Source: Acinetobacter phage vB_AbaSt_W16. From it: DNA of 64,000 bases. The position numbers were made by a program, and so were the translations under genes. The stretch is taken from sequence record PP174317.1; one strand, 5' to 3'. Shown piece by piece: positions 36,228 through 45,829 of the stretch; position 1 is the first letter of the stretch; every line of letters begins with the position of its first letter. The notes beneath the pieces were generated by a model. That model ran no database searches, had not been told where the DNA came from, and was given only the letters and a program-made list of their open reading frames with translations.

Positions 36228-37736
36228 TTATTTAATTAATTTTTTAATTATTTCTGCATTACGTTCTGCAGTCTTCATTTTCTTCTTCCATTCTTTACGT
36301 TGGAAGAAAACTTTAGCTGTTTCACGTGGAATCACACCTTGTTTGGTCTTATCATACATCATGCCACTCGGTGAACATGAATAACGATCAGAAGGTTTCT
36401 TAGCAATTCGTCCAATATAGTCTGCTAAAGGTGCCGGTGCAAATTGGCCAGCAATTGTTTCTGGGCTAATATTAACTTGTCGAATAATCGATGGGTAAAG
36501 TGATGTTACGTCAAATGATACAACATACTTATATGCCCCAGGTTTTGGTTCTTTAACAAATGCACCTGCATATGGTTGTCGTACATTAGATTTGGTTTCC
36601 GGTAACACCAAATGATCAGGTTTCAATGAGTTAAAAATAATCGCATCCCAGGTTTTTACTGGACTCATTACACCTTGAATATTCATTTTAGCATAATAAC
36701 CCATCGAAATAGATAGATTAATAAATCCACGCTTCATATCAATAGCTTGTACACAGTATACGTCTACAATGTTATATGAAATATAACGCTGATGATTTGT
36801 ACTTCGTAATTTATTAATTGGACCATCATATGCCAATTTATTGATTTTTGCTTCATACTCTGCAATATAATCAAGTTTATATGTAGGCTGAGTAGTAAAT
36901 GAGAACTTTTTATAAAGATCAATATAATCTAAAATTTGAACACCTGAAATACTAAAAATTTCAGCGTCACCATACATATTTGTAATTGTCTTAGATGTAA
37001 TACGACCAAATGGACTCATTTTTTTCATATAAGAAACGCCGAGTACGTTCTTAATACGATTTAATAAGTACGGGATATCAAACCCTTCAATATTCCATCC
37101 TGTGAAAATAACGGGAGGTTTTTCTTCCCAAAGACGAACATATTCTTGCAGCATTTCATGTTCAGTATCAAATGCGAAGTATACAACTTTATCTAAAATA
37201 TGTTGTGGGACTTCATCACCACCTTCAGACTCAGGCAAAGCTGCTTTAATACGATCCCAGGGTTCAACACGCCCATCGCTAGAATTTAATAAATCAAATA
37301 CATAATACTTATCATCTATCGAATCATAATGCGTAATAGCATCAATTTCGTATTTTGCAAATGCAGGCTCAGGGAACTCAGGTGCTGTTACCTCAATGTC
37401 ACAATTGGCAACACGAATCGCTTTGCGGTCATATGTGATATCTGAATTATATGTGTCAGAAATATAGGCTAGTTTAAAATCGTCCATGCCTAAAATTTCA
37501 ACAATACCACGAGTCTTTTGGGCCCATTCTTTTGCTGCACGAATAGATGTAAATTCTTTTGGTAAACACGGTTTACCATAAATGTCTTTATGCTTAGTTA
37601 CAGTACCTTCTTTTGCATGAATAAACAATGTTGGTTCATATGCAACTTCACGACGTTTTTCAATACCATCTTCAATATAACGTTCCTGAATTAAATCACC
37701 GGATTGTTCTACTACTAGATAAAAAGTATTACTCAT
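36228..37736 (-). CDS. 43: DNA polymerase gp43, N-terminal piece (43A: N-terminal and 3'-5' exonuclease domains)
   Basis: Collinear with T4 gp43 residues 1 to about 500 (FKLAYISDTY, RVANCDIEVT, YNIVDV, FDVTSLYPSIIRQVNISPETI). Ends with its own stop after ...AEIIKKLIK. Confidence 0.9.
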   Translation of the reverse strand: MSNTFYLVVEQSGDLIQERYIEDGIEKRREVAYEPTLFIHAKEGTVTKHKDIYGKPCLPKEFTSIRAAKEWAQKTRGIVEILGMDDFKLAYISDTYNSDITYDRKAIRVANCDIEVTAPEFPEPAFAKYEIDAITHYDSIDDKYYVFDLLNSSDGRVEPWDRIKAALPESEGGDEVPQHILDKVVYFAFDTEHEMLQEYVRLWEEKPPVIFTGWNIEGFDIPYLLNRIKNVLGVSYMKKMSPFGRITSKTITNMYGDAEIFSISGVQILDYIDLYKKFSFTTQPTYKLDYIAEYEAKINKLAYDGPINKLRSTNHQRYISYNIVDVYCVQAIDMKRGFINLSISMGYYAKMNIQGVMSPVKTWDAIIFNSLKPDHLVLPETKSNVRQPYAGAFVKEPKPGAYKYVVSFDVTSLYPSIIRQVNISPETIAGQFAPAPLADYIGRIAKKPSDRYSCSPSGMMYDKTKQGVIPRETAKVFFQRKEWKKKMKTAERNAEIIKKLIK

Positions 37737-37773
37737 ATTTTAATCCTCATCAAGATATACTAATTATAAAATA

Positions 37774-37803
37774 AAAAAGGGGAAAGCAACTTTCCCCTTT
37801 TAT
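37774..37803. terminator. Hairpin GGGGAAAG-caa-CTTTCCCC
   Basis: aaaaaaGGGGAAAGcaaCTTTCCCCttttatta. Confidence 0.6.
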
Positions 37804-38036
37804 TACTTGTCGCCTTGGACAACAGCTGTTTTTGTCATTTCTTCTTGAGGTACAAATCCATTATCTGTTTTTACAAAACACCCGCTAATTAATGAATATT
37901 TTGTGGTACGGCCTGTAATAGATTCATAACTGTTACATTTAATATAGCCACTCACTGTATTGTATGTTAAGCCTACTGCAACAATAACACAGACGATAAT
38001 AACAGAGAATACGAGTTCAATTAAATTATTGCTCAT
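37803..38036 (-). CDS. Small membrane protein (77 aa)
   Basis: ORF with a TM helix. Confidence 0.45.
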   Translation of the reverse strand: MSNNLIELVFSVIIVCVIVAVGLTYNTVSGYIKCNSYESITGRTTKYSLISGCFVKTDNGFVPQEEMTKTAVVQGDK

Positions 38037-38420
38037 TTATGCACCTACAACATATTTTGATTTAAGAGACCACTCGGCTTTCTGTGCGGCTTTAATAACA
38101 CGGAAATTATTAGTAACTTCAATCTCAGGCGGCGCAAATTCAACCTCAACAAGACCCCATGTTTCAAGTGTCTTAGCAATAGAAACAGTACGTTGAATAT
38201 CTTCATCGCTAATATTAACTACTTTACCATCCAAGCGCATCATATCTTTAAAGTGAACAATATAAAATTTAGGTTCACCTGTCGCAGGGTCTTGTTTTTT
38301 CAAGATATGACATGATTGATATAAAACTTTATCACGTTGATTTGCAATACCCATACGGGTTAAGGTTTCTTTTACTTTCAAAAAGTTTTCAGATTGTACA
38401 AGTTTAATAGGGATCATCAT
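38037..38420 (-). CDS. regA: Translational repressor RegA
   Basis: FLKVKETLTRMGIANQRDKVLYQSCHIL...YIVHFK...TNNFRVI is near-identical in blocks to T4 RegA. Confidence 0.92.
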   Translation of the reverse strand: MMIPIKLVQSENFLKVKETLTRMGIANQRDKVLYQSCHILKKQDPATGEPKFYIVHFKDMMRLDGKVVNISDEDIQRTVSIAKTLETWGLVEVEFAPPEIEVTNNFRVIKAAQKAEWSLKSKYVVGA

Positions 38421-39004
38421 AGTAGTTTCAACTCTTTAAGTTCTTTGGGATTTTTGGTAATTGACTTTAAAAAGTCTTCTGTTGCTAATGCTTTAGCATC
38501 ACGTAATACTTCAGTTAACTTACCTTTATGCTCAAGTAATTTTCGATAGTCATAAGCCGTATTTGCATTAACTTTATAATATTTCATTAAAAGCTGAATA
38601 ATATATTTGTCTTTAAAACTCTCATCCAGCTTTACAGTTTTGCTAAATCTACGACCTTTTGGAATCAACATTGTCAAATAATTATGATGATGTTGATCAC
38701 TAAGACCTTGTAATACCATATTGGACATATACACAGCAGGCATACATTCAATGTGTCGACTTAACATGTTGTCAATCATAAACTTTGAATAGTCCATATG
38801 CATTACAGACATTTCACGTTTATTTTGATTGATATTATTTAAGATTTTAAACAAATCGGCTTCTGGCTTTTCTTTAAATTCGTCAGCAAGTTTTTTAACT
38901 GCATCCCAATCTTTATTCATCCAAGCAACTTCATGAGGATTAAGTTGAACTTCATCCTCATCAAATAAACAAATCATACTCATTTTATCACTCCAATTAT
39001 ACAC
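38417..39004 (-). CDS. 62: Clamp-loader small subunit gp62
   Basis: QLNPHEVAWMNKDWDAVKKLADEFKEK...ECMPAVYM matches T4 gp62. Confidence 0.88.
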   Translation of the reverse strand: MYNWSDKMSMICLFDEDEVQLNPHEVAWMNKDWDAVKKLADEFKEKPEADLFKILNNINQNKREMSVMHMDYSKFMIDNMLSRHIECMPAVYMSNMVLQGLSDQHHHNYLTMLIPKGRRFSKTVKLDESFKDKYIIQLLMKYYKVNANTAYDYRKLLEHKGKLTEVLRDAKALATEDFLKSITKNPKELKELKLL

Positions 39005-39036
39005 CGGTCATTATAACATATATGACCGGCAAAGCA

Positions 39037-39996
39037 TTAGTTAAATTGCATTTCTTTAAGTAATTGGATAAACATATACACCAGGTGAATTTCCAAATTT
39101 GCACAAAGCCCTTTCATTTGATTATTTTCACCAATGATTTCATACATTCGTAAAATTGAAACTTTGTTGACACGAGTATATAATTCGTTTGCCAATTTTT
39201 CAATAAAATTTGAATAATCCGGTGCATATTTTGCAGCCAATGCTCTAAGTTGTGCAAAGTCTTTGTTTTGAATTGCTGTAAGAACATCATCAATAGACCC
39301 ACGAGTTTCCATAACAATAGACAGGATACCCGCATCAATTTTGCCATTGGTTGAGTAATGATCTAATGCAACAATTGTTGACCGGAAGTCAGGGAAGTTC
39401 TTTTTAACTAATGCAGCTAATACTTTAGGCTCTTCAACAACAATACCTTCGTTTTTACAAATTTCCATTGAACGTTGAATCATTTCACGCATCATTTGAA
39501 CCGAATCTTCTGCAGTCGGTTGACCAAATTTAATAACGCGCGAACGTGAACGAATAGCTTCAAGAATACCATCAAGATTATTTGCTGTAATAATCAATGA
39601 ACATGATTTGCCATATGATTCCATAAATGAACGCAAGTAACGTTGTGCCTCGCCAAGTTGTGCACGGTCAAACTCATCAAGAATAATAACTTTTTGTTTA
39701 CCTTCTAATGATTTTGATGTTGCAAAACGAGTTAATTCATTTTTAATGAAATCAATACCAACACCAGATCCGTTCACAAACATATATTCAGCATCGACAT
39801 CATTACATAATGCATTTGCAACTGTAGTTTTACCGGTACCGGGAGAATTTGATTGTAATACTAAATGAGGTAAACGTTTTTTCTTAACTAGACCACGAAA
39901 AATTTCTTTATCCGCGGCTGGTAAAATACACTCTTCAATTGAACCTGGACGATATTTAAGTTCAAACATGTGCTCGCGTTCATTAACTGTTAACAT
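39037..39996 (-). CDS. 44: Clamp-loader large subunit gp44 (AAA+)
   Basis: Walker A SPGTGKTT; overall collinear with T4 gp44; 319 aa. Confidence 0.92.
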   Translation of the reverse strand: MLTVNEREHMFELKYRPGSIEECILPAADKEIFRGLVKKKRLPHLVLQSNSPGTGKTTVANALCNDVDAEYMFVNGSGVGIDFIKNELTRFATSKSLEGKQKVIILDEFDRAQLGEAQRYLRSFMESYGKSCSLIITANNLDGILEAIRSRSRVIKFGQPTAEDSVQMMREMIQRSMEICKNEGIVVEEPKVLAALVKKNFPDFRSTIVALDHYSTNGKIDAGILSIVMETRGSIDDVLTAIQNKDFAQLRALAAKYAPDYSNFIEKLANELYTRVNKVSILRMYEIIGENNQMKGLCANLEIHLVYMFIQLLKEMQFN

Positions 39997-40017
39997 ACTA
40001 TTTTACTCCGATCAGGT

Positions 40018-40038
40018 GAGGCCCGAAGGCCTCAATTA
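40018..40038. terminator. Hairpin GAGGCCC-gaag-GGCCTC
   Basis: Sits between genes 45 and 44. Confidence 0.5.
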
Positions 40039-40728
40039 TTAAAAGTTGTGTGATGATTCATCTTCAACTGCGATTACATAATTTGCAGCAGTACCTTCAA
40101 AACGGGCTGCAAATAAATGATCTTTTGCCCATAATTGAACTTTATAAGTATCAGACTGTAATTTTAAATTTGTTAAATTAATCACAAAATTAAAATCACA
40201 TGAACCATCATAGTCCGAAACTTCAAAAGTTGAAAGTGGTTTTTCAAGATTTGGATCAATTGTTTTGTTGAATGCATTAATAACGACCAATCCAGACTTA
40301 TTTGTAATCGCTACTGTATCAGCACCAAGACCACGTGCAATTTTCATAACCTGATTATATTCTTCGGCAGGTAACTCAAATTCAACTTCAGCTGGCGGGA
40401 ATTGAATTGGTTTTTTAGGATACACAATTGCCGATGGGTCACACGATGGCCAAATAATTTCAGAACGTTTACCTTTAATAATAATATCTGCACCTTTAAC
40501 AGACACTTCCGAATCTTCACCAGATAAAGATAAAATACTTAAAAATGCATTTAAATCATAAATAGCAACATCAAAATCAATAGTGTCTTCAGGCTGAAGA
40601 TTTACTTCACCGTATGTTGCACCATTTGCGGCACGAGTCATAATAAATGTGCCAGCTGTTAAGTTAATGCCAGTATTAATAGTTGCAAAGTTTTTAAGAG
40701 TTGCGATTAGACCTTTAGAAAATTTCAT
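40039..40728 (-). CDS. 45: Sliding clamp gp45
   Basis: LKNFATIN.GI, FIMTRA.NG, DFDVAIYDLN, LWAKD/G align with T4 gp45. Confidence 0.92.
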   Translation of the reverse strand: MKFSKGLIATLKNFATINTGINLTAGTFIMTRAANGATYGEVNLQPEDTIDFDVAIYDLNAFLSILSLSGEDSEVSVKGADIIIKGKRSEIIWPSCDPSAIVYPKKPIQFPPAEVEFELPAEEYNQVMKIARGLGADTVAITNKSGLVVINAFNKTIDPNLEKPLSTFEVSDYDGSCDFNFVINLTNLKLQSDTYKVQLWAKDHLFAARFEGTAANYVIAVEDESSHNF

Positions 40729-40759
40729 TCATTACACCTTTCAAATCAATTAAGTTAAA

Positions 40760-41146
40760 TTATTTTACATCACGTTGCGCGAAACGCGTAATAAACATTT
40801 GGGCAGCTTGAATTAATAATTCATCTGGATTTTTACAGAATTCATCTGATAAACGTTTAAAACCGCCGACACGAATTTCTTTAGCACCAGCCGCTTCAGC
40901 TTCTTTATTTGCATTTGCTAAAAGTTCAACCCAAATTTCATTAGTCTCCTGGTCAAATGATTTATATAATTGTCGTTTTACATCACCAGGAAAATGTGCA
41001 AATTTGGCTTTTACTTCATCCGGCATTTGCAATGACCATGCTTTTCGAATACGATTATCAGCAGATTGACCTACGGCGTCATTCGTTGTATTTGCTGCGG
41101 TACGTTTAGGTTGCAAGTCATTTACCGTAATTTCTTTAAAGATCAT
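40760..41146 (-). CDS. rpbA: RNA polymerase-binding protein RpbA (positional assignment)
   Basis: 128-aa ORF immediately after gene 45, as in T4; AAGGTAA RBS before MIFKEIT. Confidence 0.5.
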   Translation of the reverse strand: MIFKEITVNDLQPKRTAANTTNDAVGQSADNRIRKAWSLQMPDEVKAKFAHFPGDVKRQLYKSFDQETNEIWVELLANANKEAEAAGAKEIRVGGFKRLSDEFCKNPDELLIQAAQMFITRFAQRDVK

Positions 41147-41177
41147 AATAAGATTACCTTGTTTCGTTACATCTATT

Positions 41178-41402
41178 TTAATATAAAATTTGTGAAGCAT
41201 TTGAAGTTGTTTGGTCGTTAAAATTTTCAATCAACGACCATGCTTTACTACGACCCGATTTAATTTTCATTAATTCAGATTCATCCGTAAAAGCTTGTTC
41301 AAGCATTGCGTCCGTAACTAAACGCTCTTCACCTGTGAATAAGTTAATTAGTGTCCATGTTTTAAATTCAGGATATGTTTCTAAATCACTGAATACACTC
41401 AT
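41178..41402 (-). CDS. Hypothetical protein (74 aa), positional equivalent of T4 45.2
   Basis: ORF. Confidence 0.45.
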   Translation of the reverse strand: MSVFSDLETYPEFKTWTLINLFTGEERLVTDAMLEQAFTDESELMKIKSGRSKAWSLIENFNDQTTSNASQILY

Positions 41403-41414
41403 TATACACCTCTC

Positions 41415-41627
41415 TTACATTAAGCGAATTAAATTTAAGTCCCGAATATATTCATATGGAGATTGATCATCAGGATGACATTCTATAAAAAGTTCCCAGT
41501 GCTGACGAACTTTATGCATCCACTTATCGTAATCACCTAAATTACGATCATTAAAATCTGCAATTGCCCCATCTAGACAGTATAACAGATCATCTAAGAC
41601 TTCTTTACATTCTGGTGTTAAACTCAT
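41415..41627 (-). CDS. Hypothetical protein (70 aa)
   Basis: ORF. Confidence 0.45.
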   Translation of the reverse strand: MSLTPECKEVLDDLLYCLDGAIADFNDRNLGDYDKWMHKVRQHWELFIECHPDDQSPYEYIRDLNLIRLM

Positions 41628-41628
41628 T

Positions 41629-43326
41629 TTATGACTCCATTACAGTAAATCGACCAACTTTTTTCATTTGCAAATGTTGGCCATAATCTTGAGGATTGTG
41701 GTCTCGATGTGAAATAATAAAAATATTTGCATCCGGCATATTATTCAATACCGTTGTAATATTTTTTGAACCTTGTGCATCAAGGCATGAATCAAATACT
41801 TCATCCAAGAATAAACATGAAATTTTAATGCCTGAAATCTTTTCGGCAATATCTCTCCATGTAAACATTAAAGCTAAGTCAATACGCCCTTTTTCGCCCT
41901 GTGAGAATGAGGCATACGAAAAGTCTTCTCGACCTCGTGAACGTATAGTTTCACTAAACTCTGAATTTAGCGTAAATGAATAATCGGCTTCTAACAATGA
42001 AAGATAATAGTTGATTTGTTTATTAAACAAAGGTAGATATTTTTCAATAATAGAACCTTTTACGCCGCTATCTTTTAACATTTCAACTATTAAAGATCGA
42101 CGGTGTTTTTCAACCACTAAATTAGACTTAGTTTCAACAAATTGAGTATATTCACCTTTAAGACGATCAATACTATCTTTATTGCTAACAAATTCCTTTT
42201 TAGCTTCATCTAAAGCTGCATTAATTTTTTTAATACGATCAACATGCTGAATGGCCAATTGTCTATTAGTCGCAATTTTATTTTCATATTGACGAATTTC
42301 TTCTTTAGCATTTAAATATGCAACTTTACGATTATGCACTTCAGTATGAACTTTTTTAAGACGTTCAAGTTCCGCATGCAATGACTCTTTAGAGTCTTCA
42401 ATTTTACTAACTAAAGAAGCATCAGAAAGTTGTTGTAAACATGTTGGACAAGCACCACCTTTTTGATAAAGTGATAAAACTCTAACAGTTTGATTAAACT
42501 CACCCTCAATCTGCACCACGGCTCGATGTGAGTTATGACTTTCTTCTGACGGGTCTTCGCCAGCATTTACAGAAAGAATTTTATCATTTAAAGACTGATT
42601 TTCAGCTTTGATCTTTTCAATTTCTGTCATTGCATCAGATTTCATCGTCTCTAGGCGAGTTAAGTTGTCACCAGACAGCTTTTTCTGACGATCATCTGCT
42701 TCCTGAAGAGTTTTAATTTGTGTATTGATATGACCAAGTTGAAGCTCGATTTTTGACAATTCCGCATTGATTACTTTGATAGCATCTTTGTTCATCTTAT
42801 CCATATCTGCTAGAACTGATACTTCCAATAAGTCTTCAACAAGTTTACGGCGTTCTGCAGCTTTTAATCCCATAAATGGTGTATAACCGGCTGTACCTAA
42901 AACTACAACTTGTTTGTATGAGACATAATTCATGCCGATCATTTCTTCAAATTCAGTTTGGAAATCTTTGACCGATGCTGCTGCATCAAGAGGTAGACCA
43001 TCTTTTAACACTTCAAATACAGTCGGTTTTTGACCACGGCGAACAAGATACTCATGGTTATCATATTCCATAATTAATTCTACTAACATATTCTTTTTAT
43101 TAATAGAATTAATTAATTGCCCCTTTTTAACATCTCGGAAAGGTCTCCCAAATAAAGCAAAGGTAATAGCTTCAAGCATAGTCGACTTGCCGCCGCCATT
43201 ACGTCCTGTGATAAGCGTCTTATGGCAAGCATCAAGTTTAATTTCAATTGGGTCGTTTCCAACCGACATAATATTTTGATACTTGATATTTTTCAACTTA
43301 AAAATTTTCATTTCACAATATCCCAA
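41629..43326 (-). CDS. 46: Recombination endonuclease subunit gp46 (Rad50/SbcC-like ATPase)
   Basis: Walker A GRNGGGKST, long coiled-coil with CPTC zinc hook, signature/Walker B CLFLDEVFD at the C-terminus. Confidence 0.92.
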   Translation of the reverse strand: MGYCEMKIFKLKNIKYQNIMSVGNDPIEIKLDACHKTLITGRNGGGKSTMLEAITFALFGRPFRDVKKGQLINSINKKNMLVELIMEYDNHEYLVRRGQKPTVFEVLKDGLPLDAAASVKDFQTEFEEMIGMNYVSYKQVVVLGTAGYTPFMGLKAAERRKLVEDLLEVSVLADMDKMNKDAIKVINAELSKIELQLGHINTQIKTLQEADDRQKKLSGDNLTRLETMKSDAMTEIEKIKAENQSLNDKILSVNAGEDPSEESHNSHRAVVQIEGEFNQTVRVLSLYQKGGACPTCLQQLSDASLVSKIEDSKESLHAELERLKKVHTEVHNRKVAYLNAKEEIRQYENKIATNRQLAIQHVDRIKKINAALDEAKKEFVSNKDSIDRLKGEYTQFVETKSNLVVEKHRRSLIVEMLKDSGVKGSIIEKYLPLFNKQINYYLSLLEADYSFTLNSEFSETIRSRGREDFSYASFSQGEKGRIDLALMFTWRDIAEKISGIKISCLFLDEVFDSCLDAQGSKNITTVLNNMPDANIFIISHRDHNPQDYGQHLQMKKVGRFTVMES

Positions 43327-43862
43327 TCTACATTGTAATAACCGTACTCTTGATAGTGGTACTCTCGCTTTTTCATTATCTCACGAATTTCAAAAAGCGA
43401 AATTGGTTTAAACCCAATATTTTCTAAAGATGTATTAAAGTAATTGCTATCTTTAATATTTTGGTTATGCACATGTCCGTGGATATTAAACTTTCCACGC
43501 AATTCGGCCGGATGCATCGGGGCATGAGAAAGCCAAAACTCTTTATACTTCTTCAAAGCATATACGCTATCAAAAGTTTCGCAAAGTTCTTTCATAGACA
43601 ATCTATCTGTATCATGATTGCCACAAATAAGAATTTTTTGACCAGGCCACTTAGCCACTTGACGGGCACGTTCTAGTGTAAAGACGGCATCTCCGGTAAA
43701 GTAACACGCATCTCGTTTAGTTACGCGTTTATGATATTCAGATTCAACATGTTCAAAATGGTCTTGTTCATCCCGAAATTGAGTGCGATATTTTGCGATA
43801 GCATTATGACCAGCGTGCAGATCGCCTAAAAATAATACATTAGCCAAAGATTTTACCTCCAA
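43308..43862 (-). CDS. Metallophosphoesterase (calcineurin-like), 184 aa
   Basis: GDLHAGHN, GDAVF, GNHD, GHVH motifs; distinct from gp47. Confidence 0.7.
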   Translation of the reverse strand: MEVKSLANVLFLGDLHAGHNAIAKYRTQFRDEQDHFEHVESEYHKRVTKRDACYFTGDAVFTLERARQVAKWPGQKILICGNHDTDRLSMKELCETFDSVYALKKYKEFWLSHAPMHPAELRGKFNIHGHVHNQNIKDSNYFNTSLENIGFKPISLFEIREIMKKREYHYQEYGYYNVDWDIVK

Positions 43863-43942
43863 TAAAAAAGCCCAAAGCTAAACTAGCTAACGGCAATAAA
43901 GCCGTTAGCCAAAAGTCTATAGGTGGAAACTTCTTACCACTC
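43840..43942 (-). CDS. Possible 34-aa single-TM peptide (MSGKKFPPIDFWLTALLPLASLALGFFIGGKIFG)
   Basis: ATG overlaps the upstream stop (ATGAGTGGTAA). Confidence 0.35.
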
Positions 43943-44191
43943 ATGAGGATGAACTTCCACATAATTATTATCTTCCATCGCAGCTTCAATAGAGGCTTCA
44001 ACTTGGTGTGGTTTAAGGTATGCAATTCGGCCAGTGCTTGGGCATGTGATTTTTAAATCACCAACTTTCCCATATTTCATACGAACTGTATATTCAATAA
44101 TAAATCGAGCAGGATATTCATCCGCTAATTTAAACATTACATGTTTAGACTTAGGCTTTTCTTTGATCAAGATAATATTTTTTAAATTCAT
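43934..44191 (-). CDS. Hypothetical protein (85 aa)
   Basis: ORF coupled to gene 47. Confidence 0.5.
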   Translation of the reverse strand: MNLKNIILIKEKPKSKHVMFKLADEYPARFIIEYTVRMKYGKVGDLKITCPSTGRIAYLKPHQVEASIEAAMEDNNYVEVHPHEW

Positions 44192-45207
44192 CGCGTTGCT
44201 TCCAAATATAAGTTGGTGGTCATAGTTTTAACTTCATTAACATCTTCTGGTGTTAAATCGGGCAAGGCATCAATATAATCACCAATAATATCAATTAAAG
44301 GTTTAACTTCTTCTGTCGTACTAGTATCAATATCTAAAACTGCATCGGTATCAATACGTGAAACTAGCTTAACTTCATGTGCAACAGCTTCTAAATCAGT
44401 TTCAAGTTTTGCTAAATTATCATCAACTTTAGTAATGAATACCCGCACAGATAAATTACGATACATTTCAGGGTTAATTGAACATGGATATGTAATCTTA
44501 CGATGCCACATTGTATTATTTGCAATAAAAGTATTTTCATGTGTTTCGGTATCAAAAATCCAAAACCCTCGCACATCATTTTCATCGCCTGCTGTTAAAG
44601 TCCAAGGTGTTCCAATAAATCTAATATTTTTACCTTCAGATTGTGTATGAAAATGACCAGATTCAACAAGTTTATATTTGGCTAAAAAATCAGGTTCAAT
44701 ACCATGCGATTTAAGACCTTTATAAAATAAGAATCCATTAAGTTCATAGTGACCAATATTGTATAAAGACTTTGAATTTGCAATAAACGTCATAATCTCA
44801 TCTTTATTTTCATCACAAATCCAGGGTACCAGATCTATTGCAACACCATCATATTCAACAGTTGTTGCTTTATTATACACTGTAAAGTTTGAAAATTGTG
44901 ATAATAATTCATCACAGGCATTCGGCGTTAATTTGTTCTTAAAGGTTGCATCGTGGTTACCAACAATAACATCAACATGAATTCCAGCATTTCGAATTTC
45001 TTCACAAATTAAGCGGTTAAATTCCATAGTTTTATGAGTAATTGCTTTACGTACGTCAAACCAATCGCCAGCCTGGATCCACTTTTTAATATTAAATTTC
45101 TTTGAAATTTCAATTGCTTGTCGGATACCTTGCAATTGTATATTTTGCACCCAAGGGTCATCTTGTTTTACACCAATGTGTAAATCACCCAATTTCAGAA
45201 TTTTCAT
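44188..45207 (-). CDS. 47: Recombination exonuclease subunit gp47 (Mre11/SbcD-like)
   Basis: MKILKLGDLHIG..., GDWFD, VIVGNHD, GHFH phosphoesterase motifs; 339 aa. Confidence 0.92.
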   Translation of the reverse strand: MKILKLGDLHIGVKQDDPWVQNIQLQGIRQAIEISKKFNIKKWIQAGDWFDVRKAITHKTMEFNRLICEEIRNAGIHVDVIVGNHDATFKNKLTPNACDELLSQFSNFTVYNKATTVEYDGVAIDLVPWICDENKDEIMTFIANSKSLYNIGHYELNGFLFYKGLKSHGIEPDFLAKYKLVESGHFHTQSEGKNIRFIGTPWTLTAGDENDVRGFWIFDTETHENTFIANNTMWHRKITYPCSINPEMYRNLSVRVFITKVDDNLAKLETDLEAVAHEVKLVSRIDTDAVLDIDTSTTEEVKPLIDIIGDYIDALPDLTPEDVNEVKTMTTNLYLEATR

Positions 45208-45267
45208 GTCAAGACCTCGATTAAAGATAATACAATTATATCACTTAAAATAAAAAGGCAAATAAAA

Positions 45268-45293
45268 AGGACCCTTAATGGGTCCTTAAATTT
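45268..45293. terminator. Hairpin GGACCC-ttaat-GGGTCC
   Basis: aaaaGGACCCttaatGGGTCCttaaa. Confidence 0.55.
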
Positions 45294-45294
45294 A

Positions 45295-45669
45295 TCATTG
45301 TTGTTTTTGTGCAATTTTTACAATATTAAACAATGTTTGTCGACTATCATCATACATGACAATTAGTTCAGTTCTGCTTGCTTTTGGACGACGATAAAAT
45401 TCACGCAACTTATTAATTGCATATCCATAACCTTCAAAGTTATCGGTTAATAGACATTTTTGTGCATGATTTTTTAATCGTTCAATTTCGCGCTTATTTT
45501 TACGTAAACTTTTTTCTGCTTGCTGACCCGCTTCACGTTCGATACGTCGTTGAATTTCATCGGTATCAAATTTATTTTCTAATAAGTCATCAATAGATAA
45601 CGTTTCATCTTCATCAGTCTCTCGGCCTTCTGCTTCAATTAATTGTTGCTCAATATTGATGGCTTGCAT
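45295..45669 (-). CDS. Hypothetical protein (124 aa), acidic N-terminus
   Basis: ORF. Confidence 0.5.
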   Translation of the reverse strand: MQAINIEQQLIEAEGRETDEDETLSIDDLLENKFDTDEIQRRIEREAGQQAEKSLRKNKREIERLKNHAQKCLLTDNFEGYGYAINKLREFYRRPKASRTELIVMYDDSRQTLFNIVKIAQKQQ

Positions 45670-45673
45670 AATT

Positions 45674-45829
45674 TATTCCTTAACAGTTAAAGATAATCCT
45701 GAATCATGAACATTAAAAGAGTAGTCCCAGTCAGGATTGAATTCAAAAAGTATATTAATATCATCTTTTGCGCACGAGTCGCAATCTTCATTTAATAAAT
45801 GAGTTATATCAAGTGTCCGTTCTGCCATA
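45674..45829 (-). CDS. Possible small protein (51 aa, MAERTLDITHLLNEDCDSCAKDD...)
   Basis: Fills the gap; its start overlaps the gp55 C-terminus. Below the ORF-track cutoff. Confidence 0.35.
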
